From the NCBI GenBank assembly GCA_003220225.1, contig QHRU01000045.1, forward strand, positions 2,586 through 66,585: a stretch of 64,000 bases of DNA. Direction: 5' to 3'. This DNA comes from Candidatus Rokuibacteriota bacterium. Lineage in GTDB: Bacteria > Methylomirabilota > Methylomirabilia > Rokubacteriales > CSP1-6. The notes under the pieces were generated by a model. That model was not told the DNA's origin, made no database searches, and worked only from the letters and a program-made list of their open reading frames with translations. Position numbers and translations under genes: made by a program. This document shows positions 54,246 to 63,418 of this stretch, piece after piece; within the stretch, counting starts at the first letter, position 1, and each line of letters opens with the position of its first letter.

Positions 54246-55801
54246 CGGGCCACACGGCCATGGCCAACGCGGTGCCCGCCTTCCTCGACGACCACGTCGC
54301 CGCCGGCGGCGGCGCGCGTCCCGCCGTGGTGACGGCCGACGGGCCGACCACGTATGGCGAGCTGCGGGCGCTGGCCTGCCGCACCGGCAACGCGCTGCGC
54401 GGCCTCGGCGTCGAGAGCGGACAGCGCGTGGCGCTGCTGCTGCCCGACGGCCTCGGGTGGACCGCGGTGTTCTTCGGCGCACTGCGGATCGGCGCCGTCG
54501 CCGTTCCGCTGAACACGCGGCTCGGCGCCGCCGACTGGGCGGCCATGCTCGCCGACAGCGCCGCGCGCGTGCTCGTCACCGATCCGGCGCTGCTGGCTGA
54601 CCTGGCGCCGAGGCTCGGCGACTTGCCGTGCCTCGCGCACGTGATCGTGGCGGGCGGGGGCGCGGCCACGGGTCTCGAGGCGTTGCAGGCGCGCGCGTCC
54701 GACGCGCTGCCGGCCGAGGCCGTCGACGGTGACGCCATGGCCTTCTGGCTCTACACGTCGGGCACGACCGGCGGGCCCAAGGCGGCCATCCACCGGCACC
54801 GCGACCTGCTCGCCTGCCGGCATTACGGGATCGACGTGCTGGGCGCGACCGAGGAGGATCGAACGTTCGCCACCTCCAAGCTCTTCTTCGCCTACGCCCT
54901 CGGCAACGCGCTGCTGGTCCCCCTCTTCGTCGGCGCCCGCACGTTTCTCGATCCGCGCTGGGCCGAGCCCGACGCCGTGGCGCGCAGCGTGACCGCGTTC
55001 CGGCCGACCCTGTTCTTCTCGGTGCCGACGTTCTATGCGCGGATGCTGCGCGCCGAGCTGCCGCCCGACACCTTCCGCTCGGTGCGCGCGTGCGTGTCGG
55101 CCGGCGAGCGCCTGCCGGTGGACGTGTACGAGAGCTGGCGAGCGCGTTTCGGCGTCGAGATCCTCGACGGGCTCGGCGCGACGGAGACGATCTTCATGGT
55201 GCTCTCCAACCGGCCCGGCGCCAGCCGCGGGGGCTCGGCGGGCAGGCCGGTGCCGGGCACCGAGGTGCTCCTGCTCGACGCCGAGGGCCGGGCGGTGCCC
55301 GACGGCACCGCGGGCGTGCTGCACGTCCGCACGCCGTCGGCGAGCCCCGGCTACTGGAACCACCCCGACCACACGCGCCGCACCTTCGTCGACGGCTGGT
55401 TCAGGACGGGCGACCTGCTCACGCGCGACGCCGACGGCTTCTATCATCACCAGGGCCGCGCGGACGACGTCTTCAAGGTGGCCGGGCAGTGGGTGACGCC
55501 GGCCGACGTCGAGCGCGTGCTGCTCGCGCACCCGGCCGTGGCCGAGGCCGCCGTCGTCGGCGCCGCCGAGTCGGGCGGGCTCGTCAAGCCGTTCGCGTTC
55601 GTCGTGGCCAGGAACGACGCGCGCGGCGAGCGGCTGGCAGACGAGCTGACGGCGCTCGCCGCCGAGCGGCTGCCGCCGCACCAGCGGCCGCGGCGCATCG
55701 CGCTGGTGGACGAGCTGCCGCGTACGGCCACGGGCAAGCTCCAGCGGTTCGTGCTGCGCGATCGCGTGGAGCGTACGTACCCCCAGGGGGGGCACAAGTG
55801 A
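54242..55801 (+). CDS. Benzoate/aminobenzoate-CoA ligase family protein
   Basis: FWLYTSGTTGGPK, KLFFAYALGN, SAGERLP, DGLGATE, GRADDVFKVAGQWV, PRTATGKLQRF. Confidence 0.92.
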   Translation: MTGHTAMANAVPAFLDDHVAAGGGARPAVVTADGPTTYGELRALACRTGNALRGLGVESGQRVALLLPDGLGWTAVFFGALRIGAVAVPLNTRLGAADWAAMLADSAARVLVTDPALLADLAPRLGDLPCLAHVIVAGGGAATGLEALQARASDALPAEAVDGDAMAFWLYTSGTTGGPKAAIHRHRDLLACRHYGIDVLGATEEDRTFATSKLFFAYALGNALLVPLFVGARTFLDPRWAEPDAVARSVTAFRPTLFFSVPTFYARMLRAELPPDTFRSVRACVSAGERLPVDVYESWRARFGVEILDGLGATETIFMVLSNRPGASRGGSAGRPVPGTEVLLLDAEGRAVPDGTAGVLHVRTPSASPGYWNHPDHTRRTFVDGWFRTGDLLTRDADGFYHHQGRADDVFKVAGQWVTPADVERVLLAHPAVAEAAVVGAAESGGLVKPFAFVVARNDARGERLADELTALAAERLPPHQRPRRIALVDELPRTATGKLQRFVLRDRVERTYPQGGHK

Positions 55802-56226
55802 CGGTCCAGCACGCGACGACGATCCAGGTCCGCTGGAGCGACGTCGATCTCGCCGGCATCGCCTTCTACCCGCGCTTCTTCGAGTGGTACGACTTCGGCT
55901 GCGAGACGCTGTTCGCCGCGCTGGGGCTGGCCTGGCCGGAGGCGTTCCCGAAGTACGAGATCGTCGGCGTGCCGATCGTCGAATCGGGCTCGAGGTTCGC
56001 CTCCCCCGTCCGCTACGGCGACGTGCTCACCATCCGCTCCGCCGTCGCGTGGGTGAAAGCCACGACGTTCCGCATGGAGCACACGATTTCCGTCGGCGAG
56101 CGGCTCTGCGCCACGGGCTTCGAGGTCCGCGCCTGGGTGGCGCGGTCCCCGCTGCCGGGCGCGCGGCTGTCCGCCAAGCCGATTCCAGACGAGGTTGTCC
56201 GCAAGCTCAAGGGAGGATCCGCGTGA
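55798..56226 (+). CDS. 4-hydroxybenzoyl-CoA-type acyl-CoA thioesterase
   Basis: VRWSDVDLAGIAFYPRFFEW hot-dog motif; GTGA overlaps at both ends. Confidence 0.88.
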   Translation: MTVQHATTIQVRWSDVDLAGIAFYPRFFEWYDFGCETLFAALGLAWPEAFPKYEIVGVPIVESGSRFASPVRYGDVLTIRSAVAWVKATTFRMEHTISVGERLCATGFEVRAWVARSPLPGARLSAKPIPDEVVRKLKGGSA

Positions 56227-56689
56227 AACCAGAAGTCGTCTTCACGAAGGCGGCGCCGAAGACGGGATTCTCGGAGGGCACGGAGTCGCCGATCGCGCAG
56301 GGCGTGAAGTGCGGCGACTTCGTCTTCGTGTCGGGGCAGGGCCCGCTCGATCCCGTCACCAGGCAGGTCGTCTCCGACGACCTCGCCGAGCAGACGCGCG
56401 TGACCCTCGACAACGTCACCAGGGTGCTCGAGGCCGCGGGCACCTCGCTGGCCAACGTCGTGAAGGTGGGCGTCTTCCTGCGCGACATGAGGGACTTCGA
56501 CACCTTCAACACGGTGTTCCGCGAGTACTTCAAGGGCGTGCAGCCGGCGCGCACCACGGTGGCAGTGCGAGGTGAGCGACGCCTCGGCGCGAGCCGAGCG
56601 GTGAAATCGTTCGGAGGGCGGCCCCGCGCAAGGGCGTGAACGTCGAGATCGACGCCATCGCCGTGATACCACATGGCAGTGCGAGGTGA
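56223..56689 (+). pseudogene. RidA/YjgF-family protein interrupted by a 53 nt insertion (frameshifted)
   Basis: FVSGQGP...NVVKV.VFL...PARTTVA in one frame; conserved tail PRKGVNVEIDAIA in another frame after 56617; removing 56565-56617 restores one ORF. Confidence 0.8.
56565..56617 (+). repeat. 53 nt structured element, copy A (inside ridA)
   Basis: GTGCGAGGTGAGCGACGCCTCGGCGCGAGCCGAGCGGTGAAATCGTTCGGAGG. Confidence 0.9.
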
Positions 56690-56731
56690 GCGACGCCTCG
56701 GCGCGAGCCGAGCGGTGAAATGGCTCGGAGG
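56679..56731 (+). repeat. 53 nt structured element, copy B (ridA 3' end / dioxygenase RBS)
   Basis: Identical to copy A except 2 nt; both copies are preceded by TGGCA. Confidence 0.9.
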
Positions 56732-56737
56732 ATAACT

Positions 56738-57571
56738 ATGGGGCTCGCCGGCGTCTACCTCTCCGTCCACACGCCCCGCTACTGCACCTACGACGCCGCG
56801 TTCGCGGGCAAGCTCGCGCATCCGAACTTCCAGGCGGTGCGCGACGGGATGGTGGCGCAGGGGCGGCACGTGGCCGCGCTCACGCCCGACGTCATCGTCA
56901 TCAACTCCTGCCACCTGGTCGCGACGTTTCCCACCGTCGTCGACGGCACGCCACGCCACGAGGGCGTGCTCACCGCGCAGGAGGCGCCGGAGCTGATCCA
57001 CGGCGTCGCCTACGATTTTCCCGGCGACTTCGAGCTGGCGGCCGCGATGATCGAGGGCGGCCGCGCGGCGGGCCTGCCGTGCACGCTCGCCAACGACGTG
57101 CACTACCCGCTCGACTACGGAACGGTCATGCCCCTCGTGTGTTACCTCGACCGGGCGCAGCGGATCGCGGCGGTGCCGGTGTCGGTGTGCCTCTCCGCCG
57201 ATCTGGGCGAGAGCTTCGCGTGGGGCCGGCACATCGCGCGCGCGGCGGCGGCGCTCGGGCGGCGCGCGGCGTTCGTGGCCAGCGGCAGCGTGTCGCACAA
57301 GCTCGTGCGCGGCCCCGAGCGCTGGCCGGGCGCGGCGGAACAGGAGCTCGATCACCGCCTCGCGCGGCTGCTCGCCGACGGGGACTACGACAAGGCCTGG
57401 GCGTGGCTGCCGGAGTACGCGGAGGCGGCCGAGCCCGAGATGGGCGGGCGTCACCTCGCGATGATGCTCGGCGCGCTGATCGAGACGGGCCGTCGGTTCG
57501 AGGCCACCGTGCACGCGTACGGTCCCTCGTCCGGCAGCGGCAACTACGTCATTTCGATGGCCGCGGCCTAG
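56738..57571 (+). CDS. Extradiol ring-cleavage dioxygenase, LigB/class III family
   Basis: SVHTP, PDVIVINSCH, YDFPGDFELA, LDYGTVMPL, ASGSVSH. Confidence 0.88.
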   Translation: MGLAGVYLSVHTPRYCTYDAAFAGKLAHPNFQAVRDGMVAQGRHVAALTPDVIVINSCHLVATFPTVVDGTPRHEGVLTAQEAPELIHGVAYDFPGDFELAAAMIEGGRAAGLPCTLANDVHYPLDYGTVMPLVCYLDRAQRIAAVPVSVCLSADLGESFAWGRHIARAAAALGRRAAFVASGSVSHKLVRGPERWPGAAEQELDHRLARLLADGDYDKAWAWLPEYAEAAEPEMGGRHLAMMLGALIETGRRFEATVHAYGPSSGSGNYVISMAAA

Positions 57572-57748
57572 CCGGATCACCCGCCGCGGTCACGACAGGC
57601 GCGGCCCGGCCGCGTGCCGGTCACCAGCCGGCTCTCGCCCGATATTCCGCGGGCGAGAGACCCTCTTGAAGAGCGCGCGAGAATTTACTATGTCGGGCTG
57701 GACACGACGCAACGACGCTCGCCCACGCCTCAACGATCGGAGACAACA

Positions 57749-59407
57749 ATGCTCGCACTTCTCTTCTCGGCCATCGTGCTGCTGTCACTGACGCTCACCT
57801 CGACGGCGGCCTCCGCGCTGCCGACATGCGTCGAGCTCGGCAGCGATCCGGCGTTCGGTCTGGTCGGCAATCCCGACCTGAGCGGGGTGTCGACCAGTCT
57901 CGTTCCCGCCGCAGGGCCCAACGCGGCCTACTGTCAGATCAACATCACCGTCTCCAGCGAATCGGGCGAAGCCTTTGGATATTTGCCGGGCCAGTCGGAG
58001 CACATCAGGGTCCGCGTGGGACTTCCCCTCAGTCTCGCGGACGGCGGAACGGGCGGCGTGCAAGGAGCCTGGAACGGCAAACAGCGGGACCTGGGCGGCG
58101 GCGGCTATGTCGGCTCGGTCGGCGGTGTCACGGCTGCGACCAACCTCCGCTACGTCGGCACGTCGACCGACACAGGGCATTCCACCCCTGGAGGCTCGTT
58201 TGCGCTCAATCCCGACAACACGCTGAATTGGGGGCTGATCAAGGACTTCGCGCAAGACGGCATTCACGCGCAGCACGTCTGGGGCACGGCCATCGCCAAG
58301 ACGTATTACGGCAGCGCCCCGACCCGTCGATACTGGACGGGCTGCTCGACAGGTGGGCGGCAGGGTCATCAGCAGGCGCAGACGTTCCCGAAGGACTACG
58401 ACGGCATCCTCGCCGGCGCGCCGGCCTTCAACTGGGACCGCTTCATTCCCGCAGAGCTCTGGCCCCAGATCGTGATGTTCCAGGACCTCGGCGGCCCCAT
58501 CTCGACGGCCAAGCTCACGGCGGTGACCAACGCCGCCATCGCCGCCTGCGATGCCCTCGATGGCATCGTGGACGGGATCGTTCAAGATCCTCGTCGCTGC
58601 CATTACGATGCCACGGCGTTCGTCTGCACCGGCGCCGTGGGAGACCCGGCGAACTGCCTCACGCCGGCGGAAGCGGCGGCGGTCAACAAAATCTGGAACG
58701 GACCGGTGAACGCCAAGGGCGAGAAGATCTGGTTCGGGCTCGAGCGCGGCGCGTCACTGAGCGGCCTGGCGGGCACGAACCCGTTCTCGATCACCGTCGA
58801 CCACTTCCGATACTGGATCAAGCAGGATCCGACCTTCGACTGGCACACGGTGACGGAGGCCTCGTTCGTCAACGACTTTGCGACCTCCCAGGCCCTCTTC
58901 CACGACGCCATCGGCACCGACCAGGCGAACCTCCACGCGTTTCGCAGTGGCGGCGGCAAGATGATCATGTATCACGGGCTGTTCGACCAGCTGATCTTCC
59001 CGCGCGGCAGCTACGACTACTACAATCGCGCCGCCGAGAAGATGAAGGGGTCGGGCCCCAAGCCGACGTCCGCGGCGGGAGGTATGGCGGCTCTTCAGGA
59101 GTTCTACCGCTTCTTCCCGTATCCGAATAACGCCCATTGTGGCGGCGGCACGGGGCCGCAGATCGACACGAACGTGCTGTTCGACGCCCTGGTCAACTGG
59201 GTCGAGCACGGGATCGCGCCCGACTACGTCGTCGCCACACAGAATCTCGGCGGCGGCGCCGTCCGCACGCGCAAGATCTGCAAATATCCCGACGTGCTCG
59301 TGCGCAACGGCACCGGGAGCACGGACAATGAGGCCAGCTTCCACTGTGAGGTGCACCTGCAAGACGATCCGGCGCTTCTCGGAGCGGGTGTCCTGGGCAA
59401 GCCGTAG
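57749..59407 (+). CDS. Secreted tannase/feruloyl esterase family alpha/beta hydrolase
   Basis: Signal peptide; WNGK, TDTGH, GCSTGGRQG, YDGILAGAPA, YHGLFDQLI, HCGGG. Confidence 0.92.
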   Translation: MLALLFSAIVLLSLTLTSTAASALPTCVELGSDPAFGLVGNPDLSGVSTSLVPAAGPNAAYCQINITVSSESGEAFGYLPGQSEHIRVRVGLPLSLADGGTGGVQGAWNGKQRDLGGGGYVGSVGGVTAATNLRYVGTSTDTGHSTPGGSFALNPDNTLNWGLIKDFAQDGIHAQHVWGTAIAKTYYGSAPTRRYWTGCSTGGRQGHQQAQTFPKDYDGILAGAPAFNWDRFIPAELWPQIVMFQDLGGPISTAKLTAVTNAAIAACDALDGIVDGIVQDPRRCHYDATAFVCTGAVGDPANCLTPAEAAAVNKIWNGPVNAKGEKIWFGLERGASLSGLAGTNPFSITVDHFRYWIKQDPTFDWHTVTEASFVNDFATSQALFHDAIGTDQANLHAFRSGGGKMIMYHGLFDQLIFPRGSYDYYNRAAEKMKGSGPKPTSAAGGMAALQEFYRFFPYPNNAHCGGGTGPQIDTNVLFDALVNWVEHGIAPDYVVATQNLGGGAVRTRKICKYPDVLVRNGTGSTDNEASFHCEVHLQDDPALLGAGVLGKP

Positions 59408-59610
59408 GCGCGAGTCGTCCTCGGACGGGCCTCTCGATCGACGGTGAGGTGCGCCACATGGCGCACCTCCACCCGCCCACCCGCGCTCATGCAGACCCGG
59501 GGCAGCGGCAACTCCGTCGTCTCGATGGCGTGCTAGAATCCCGGCGCCTGCCGGCCGCGAGCATCCGAACGACGCAGTGGCCCGGCATGAGACGGACCAA
59601 GGAGGTCACC

Positions 59611-60789
59611 GTGCGCCAACTGAGAATCGTCCTGGTTCTCTTGCTCATCGTCGGCCTGTTCGCGGGCCAGGCCGTCCTCGCCGCCGAGCCCGTCAAGATC
59701 GGGTTCATCACCTCGCTGTCGGGCCCGGCCGGCATCATCGGCAAGCACATGAAGGACTCGGTCGAGCTGGCGCTCGAGCACCTGGGCCGCAAGGTCGGCG
59801 GACTCGACGTCGAGGTCATCTACGGCGACGACCAGCGCAAGCCCGACGTCGGCAAGCAGCTCGCCGACGAGATGCTCAAGAAGCACAAGGTCAACTTCGT
59901 GAGCGGCATCATCTGGTCCAACGTCATGCTCGCGGTGGCGCCCACCGTGACGGGGGCGGGGACGATCATGGTCGGCACGAACGCCGGGCCGCACGAGCTC
60001 GCGGGCAAGATGTGCAGCGAGCTCTACTTCACGACGTCGTGGCAGAACGACCAGACGCCGGAGGCGATGGGCAAGTACATGCAGGACCAGGGCCTCACCG
60101 ACGTCTACGCCATGGCGCCCAATTACGCCGCGGGCAAGGACATGGTCAGCGGCTTCAAGCGCTACTTCAAAGGCCGCGTCGTGGATGAGGTCTACACCAA
60201 GCTCGGCCAGCAGGACTACCAGGCCGAGATCAGCCAGCTCCGCGGCAAGAACCCCAAGGCCGTGTTCGTGTTCTACCCGGGCGACATGGGCATCCAGTTC
60301 CTCAAGCAGTACGCCCAGGCCGGGCTGCGCGAGCAGATCCCGCTCTACTCGGTGTACACCGTCGACGAGATCTCGCTCCCCGCCGTCGGCGAGGCCGCGC
60401 TCGGCAACTACGAGACGCGCTACTGGAGCCCCGACCTCAAGAACGAGGCGAACGCGAAGTACGTGGGCGACTTCAAGAAGAAGTTCGGGTACACGCCCTC
60501 GTTCTACGGCGCCCAGAGCTACGACGGCATCCTCCTGATCGACTCCGCCGTGCGCGCCGTCAGGGGAGACCTCGGCAACAAGAAGGGGATGGTCGCGGCC
60601 ATGCGCAAGGCCGACTTCCGCTCGACGCGCGGCAAGTTCAGCTTCAACGTCAACCACACCCCGATCCAGAACTTCTACCTGTTGCGGGCGGTGAAGGGCG
60701 CGGGCGGGGACATGGAGATGCAGATCCAGAAGACCGTCTTCGAGAACCACAAGGACGCCTACTACCAAGAGTGTCCGATGAAGTGGTAG
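59611..60789 (+). CDS. Branched-chain/aromatic acid ABC transporter substrate-binding protein
   Basis: AAGGAGG RBS; signal peptide; VKIGFITSLSGP, DDQRKPD, SGIIWSNV, NAGP, PNYAAGKD. Confidence 0.92.
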   Translation: MRQLRIVLVLLLIVGLFAGQAVLAAEPVKIGFITSLSGPAGIIGKHMKDSVELALEHLGRKVGGLDVEVIYGDDQRKPDVGKQLADEMLKKHKVNFVSGIIWSNVMLAVAPTVTGAGTIMVGTNAGPHELAGKMCSELYFTTSWQNDQTPEAMGKYMQDQGLTDVYAMAPNYAAGKDMVSGFKRYFKGRVVDEVYTKLGQQDYQAEISQLRGKNPKAVFVFYPGDMGIQFLKQYAQAGLREQIPLYSVYTVDEISLPAVGEAALGNYETRYWSPDLKNEANAKYVGDFKKKFGYTPSFYGAQSYDGILLIDSAVRAVRGDLGNKKGMVAAMRKADFRSTRGKFSFNVNHTPIQNFYLLRAVKGAGGDMEMQIQKTVFENHKDAYYQECPMKW

Positions 60790-60802
60790 GCGTACCGGCC
60801 CG

Positions 60803-61726
60803 TTGAACTGGCTTCTCGTCGTCGAGCAATGCCTCAACGGGCTGCAGTTCGGCGTGATGCTGTTCCTGATGGCGGCCGGGCTCACGCTGGTCTTCGGGAT
60901 CATGAACCTCGTCAACCTCGCGCACGGCTCGCTCTACATGGTCGGCGCCTACCTGGCCACCGCGGCCTTCAACCGGACCGGCTCGTTCCTGGCCGCGGTG
61001 GCGTTCGCGCTCGCGGCCACGCTGGCCATCGGCATGCTGGTGGAGGTGATCGCGCTCCGCACCCTCTACGAGCGCGATCACCTGGACCAGGTCCTCGCCA
61101 CCTTCGGCCTGATCCTCTTCTTCAACGAGGCCGTGGCCATCGTCTGGGGGCGCGCGGCGCTGTTCACCGCGGTGCCGCGCGCGCTGTCCGGCCACCTCCA
61201 GGTGCTGCCGGGCATCCCGTACCCCGCCTACCGCGCGGTCATCATCCTGGTGGGCCTGGCCGTCGCCCTGCTGCTGTACGTCGTGGTGAGCCGCACCCGG
61301 CTCGGCATGCTGATCCGCGCCGGCGCCAGCAACCGCACGATGGTGGGCGCGCTGGGCGTGAACATCCGCCTGCTCTACACGGTGGTCTTCGGCTTCGGCG
61401 CCGCGCTCGCCGCGCTCGGCGGCGCCATGGCCGGTCCGATCTACTCGGTGCTGCCGGGCATGGGCGAGGAGATCCTCATCCAGGTCTTCGTCGTCATCGT
61501 CATCGGCGGCATCGGCTCGATCCGCGGCGCGCTGGTGGGCGCGGTGGTCGTGGGCATGGTGGACACGCTCGGCCGGGCCTTCCTCAAGCCGATGCTGAGC
61601 ACCGTCCTCGGCCCCTCCGCCGCCGACAACGCGGGGCCGGCGCTCGCCTCGATGCTGATCTACATCCTGATGGCGGCCGTGCTCTTCTTCCGCCCCCAGG
61701 GGCTGTTCCCGGCCGTCCGCAGCTGA
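60803..61726 (+). CDS. LivH-type ABC permease
   Basis: GLTLVFGIMNLVNLAHG, VVIVIGGIGSIRGA, RPQGLF. Confidence 0.93.
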   Translation: MNWLLVVEQCLNGLQFGVMLFLMAAGLTLVFGIMNLVNLAHGSLYMVGAYLATAAFNRTGSFLAAVAFALAATLAIGMLVEVIALRTLYERDHLDQVLATFGLILFFNEAVAIVWGRAALFTAVPRALSGHLQVLPGIPYPAYRAVIILVGLAVALLLYVVVSRTRLGMLIRAGASNRTMVGALGVNIRLLYTVVFGFGAALAALGGAMAGPIYSVLPGMGEEILIQVFVVIVIGGIGSIRGALVGAVVVGMVDTLGRAFLKPMLSTVLGPSAADNAGPALASMLIYILMAAVLFFRPQGLFPAVRS

Positions 61727-62670
61727 TGCGCTCCGCGCGCGCGCTCACGCTCCTCGCCGGCTTCCTGGTCCTCGGCCTCGTCCCGGTGGTGGCCGCGCTC
61801 GCCAATCAGCCCTTCTATCTGGACCTGTTCCGGCGGATCATGATCTTCGCCATCGCCGCCGTCAGCCTCGATCTCATCCTGGGCTTCGGCGGCATGGTCA
61901 GCTTCGGCCACGCGGCGTACCTGGGCATCGGGGCCTACGCCGTCGCGATCCCGGCCTTCTACGGGATCCACAGCGGCCTCGTCCAGTGGCCGCTCGCGCT
62001 GGCGCTGTCGGGGCTGGCGGCGCTGGCCATCGGCGCCGTCTCGCTGCGGACGAGCGGCGTGTCGTTCATCATGATCACGCTCGCCTTCGCCCAGATGCTG
62101 TACTACCTCGGCATCTCCATCAACGCGTGGGGCGCCGACGACGGGATGCGGCTGGCGCGACGCAGCCAGTTCGGCGGCGTCGTGGACCTGGCGAACGCCT
62201 ACGTCTTCTACTACGTCGTCTTCGGCGTGCTCGTCGCGCTGCTCTGGCTCGGCCATCGCCTCATCCACGCGCGCTTCGGCGTCGTGATCCGCGCCGCCAA
62301 GTCCAACGAGCCGCGCATGCGCGCCATCGGGTTCGCGACGTTCCGCTACAAGCTGGCCGCGTTCGTGATCGCGGGCGCCGGGGGCGGGCTGGCCGGCGCG
62401 CTGCTGACCAACCAGACGGAGTACCTGACGCCCAGCTACATGCACTGGACACGCTCGGGCGACATCATGGTGATGGTGATCCTCGGCGGCATGGGCACGC
62501 TGTACGGCCCCGTGCTCGGCGCCGTCGCCTTCCTGCTGCTGGAGGACATCCTCTCGGCGTGGACGGTGCACTGGCAGGTCGTCCTGGGGCCGCTGCTCGT
62601 CCTGGTCGTCCTCTACGCGCGCCGCGGCCTCTATGGCCTGCTGCCCGGCGCGGGCGCGCGCGATGGCTGA
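61726..62670 (+). CDS. LivM-type ABC permease
   Basis: GMVSFGHAAYLGIGAY, MITLAFAQM, ILGGMGTLYGP. Confidence 0.93.
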   Translation: MRSARALTLLAGFLVLGLVPVVAALANQPFYLDLFRRIMIFAIAAVSLDLILGFGGMVSFGHAAYLGIGAYAVAIPAFYGIHSGLVQWPLALALSGLAALAIGAVSLRTSGVSFIMITLAFAQMLYYLGISINAWGADDGMRLARRSQFGGVVDLANAYVFYYVVFGVLVALLWLGHRLIHARFGVVIRAAKSNEPRMRAIGFATFRYKLAAFVIAGAGGGLAGALLTNQTEYLTPSYMHWTRSGDIMVMVILGGMGTLYGPVLGAVAFLLLEDILSAWTVHWQVVLGPLLVLVVLYARRGLYGLLPGAGARDG

Positions 62671-63418
62671 GCCGCTGCTGGCGGTGCGCGGCCTCACCAA
62701 GCGCTTCGGCGGCCTCGTGGCCACCGACAGGGTGGACCTCGAGGTGGCGGACGGCGAGACGCTGGCCGTCATCGGGCCGAACGGCGCCGGCAAGACGACG
62801 CTGATCGGCCAGCTCTCCGGCGACCTCGTCCCCGACGCCGGCACGATCCGCTTCGCCGGCGAGGACGTCACGGCGCTGCCGGCGCCGACCCGCTCGCAGC
62901 GCGGCCTGGCGCGCTCGTTCCAGATCACGAGCATCTTTCCGGAGTTCACCGCGCTCGACAATGTCGCGCTGGCCGTGCAGGCCCACGCCGGACACAGCTT
63001 CCGCTTCTGGACGCCGGCCAGGGCGGAGCGGGCGCTGCGCGAGCCGGCCCGCGCGACGCTCGAGCAGGTCGGGTTGGGCGCGCGCGCCGCCGTCGCGGCG
63101 GGGACGCTCGCCCACGGCGAGCAGCGGCAGCTCGAGATCGCCATGGCGCTGGCCACGCGCCCGCGGCTGCTGCTCCTCGACGAGCCCGTCGCCGGCATGG
63201 GAGCCGACGAGTCGCAGCGCATGGTGCAGCTGCTGCGCGCGCTGCGCGGCCACCACACGATCGTCCTGGTCGAGCACGATATGGACGTCGTCTTCGCGCT
63301 GGCCGACCGGATCAGCGTGATGGTCTACGGCCGCGTCATCGCCAGCGGCGCCCCGGAGGCGATCCGCGCCAACGCCGAGGTCCGCCGCGCCTACCTCGGC
63401 GAGGAGATCCCGGCGTGA
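62663..63418 (+). CDS. LivG-type ABC ATP-binding protein
   Basis: GPNGAGKTT, ARSFQ, LLDEPVAG, VEHDMD, AYLG. Confidence 0.94.
   Translation: MAEPLLAVRGLTKRFGGLVATDRVDLEVADGETLAVIGPNGAGKTTLIGQLSGDLVPDAGTIRFAGEDVTALPAPTRSQRGLARSFQITSIFPEFTALDNVALAVQAHAGHSFRFWTPARAERALREPARATLEQVGLGARAAVAAGTLAHGEQRQLEIAMALATRPRLLLLDEPVAGMGADESQRMVQLLRALRGHHTIVLVEHDMDVVFALADRISVMVYGRVIASGAPEAIRANAEVRRAYLGEEIPA

Noticed and set aside
56565..56731. Bona fide group II intron
   Set aside because: Only 53 nt; no domains I-IV or VI, no 3' AY end and no reverse transcriptase. The resemblance is kept only as a speculative note
59440..59490. Hairpin GAGGTGCGCCA-CA-TGGCGCACCTC and a 15 nt match to 52951-52965; possible gene remnant on the minus strand
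   Set aside because: The match is just an RBS-ATG-like string, the ORF runs antisense into the esterase, and the evidence is too weak to call
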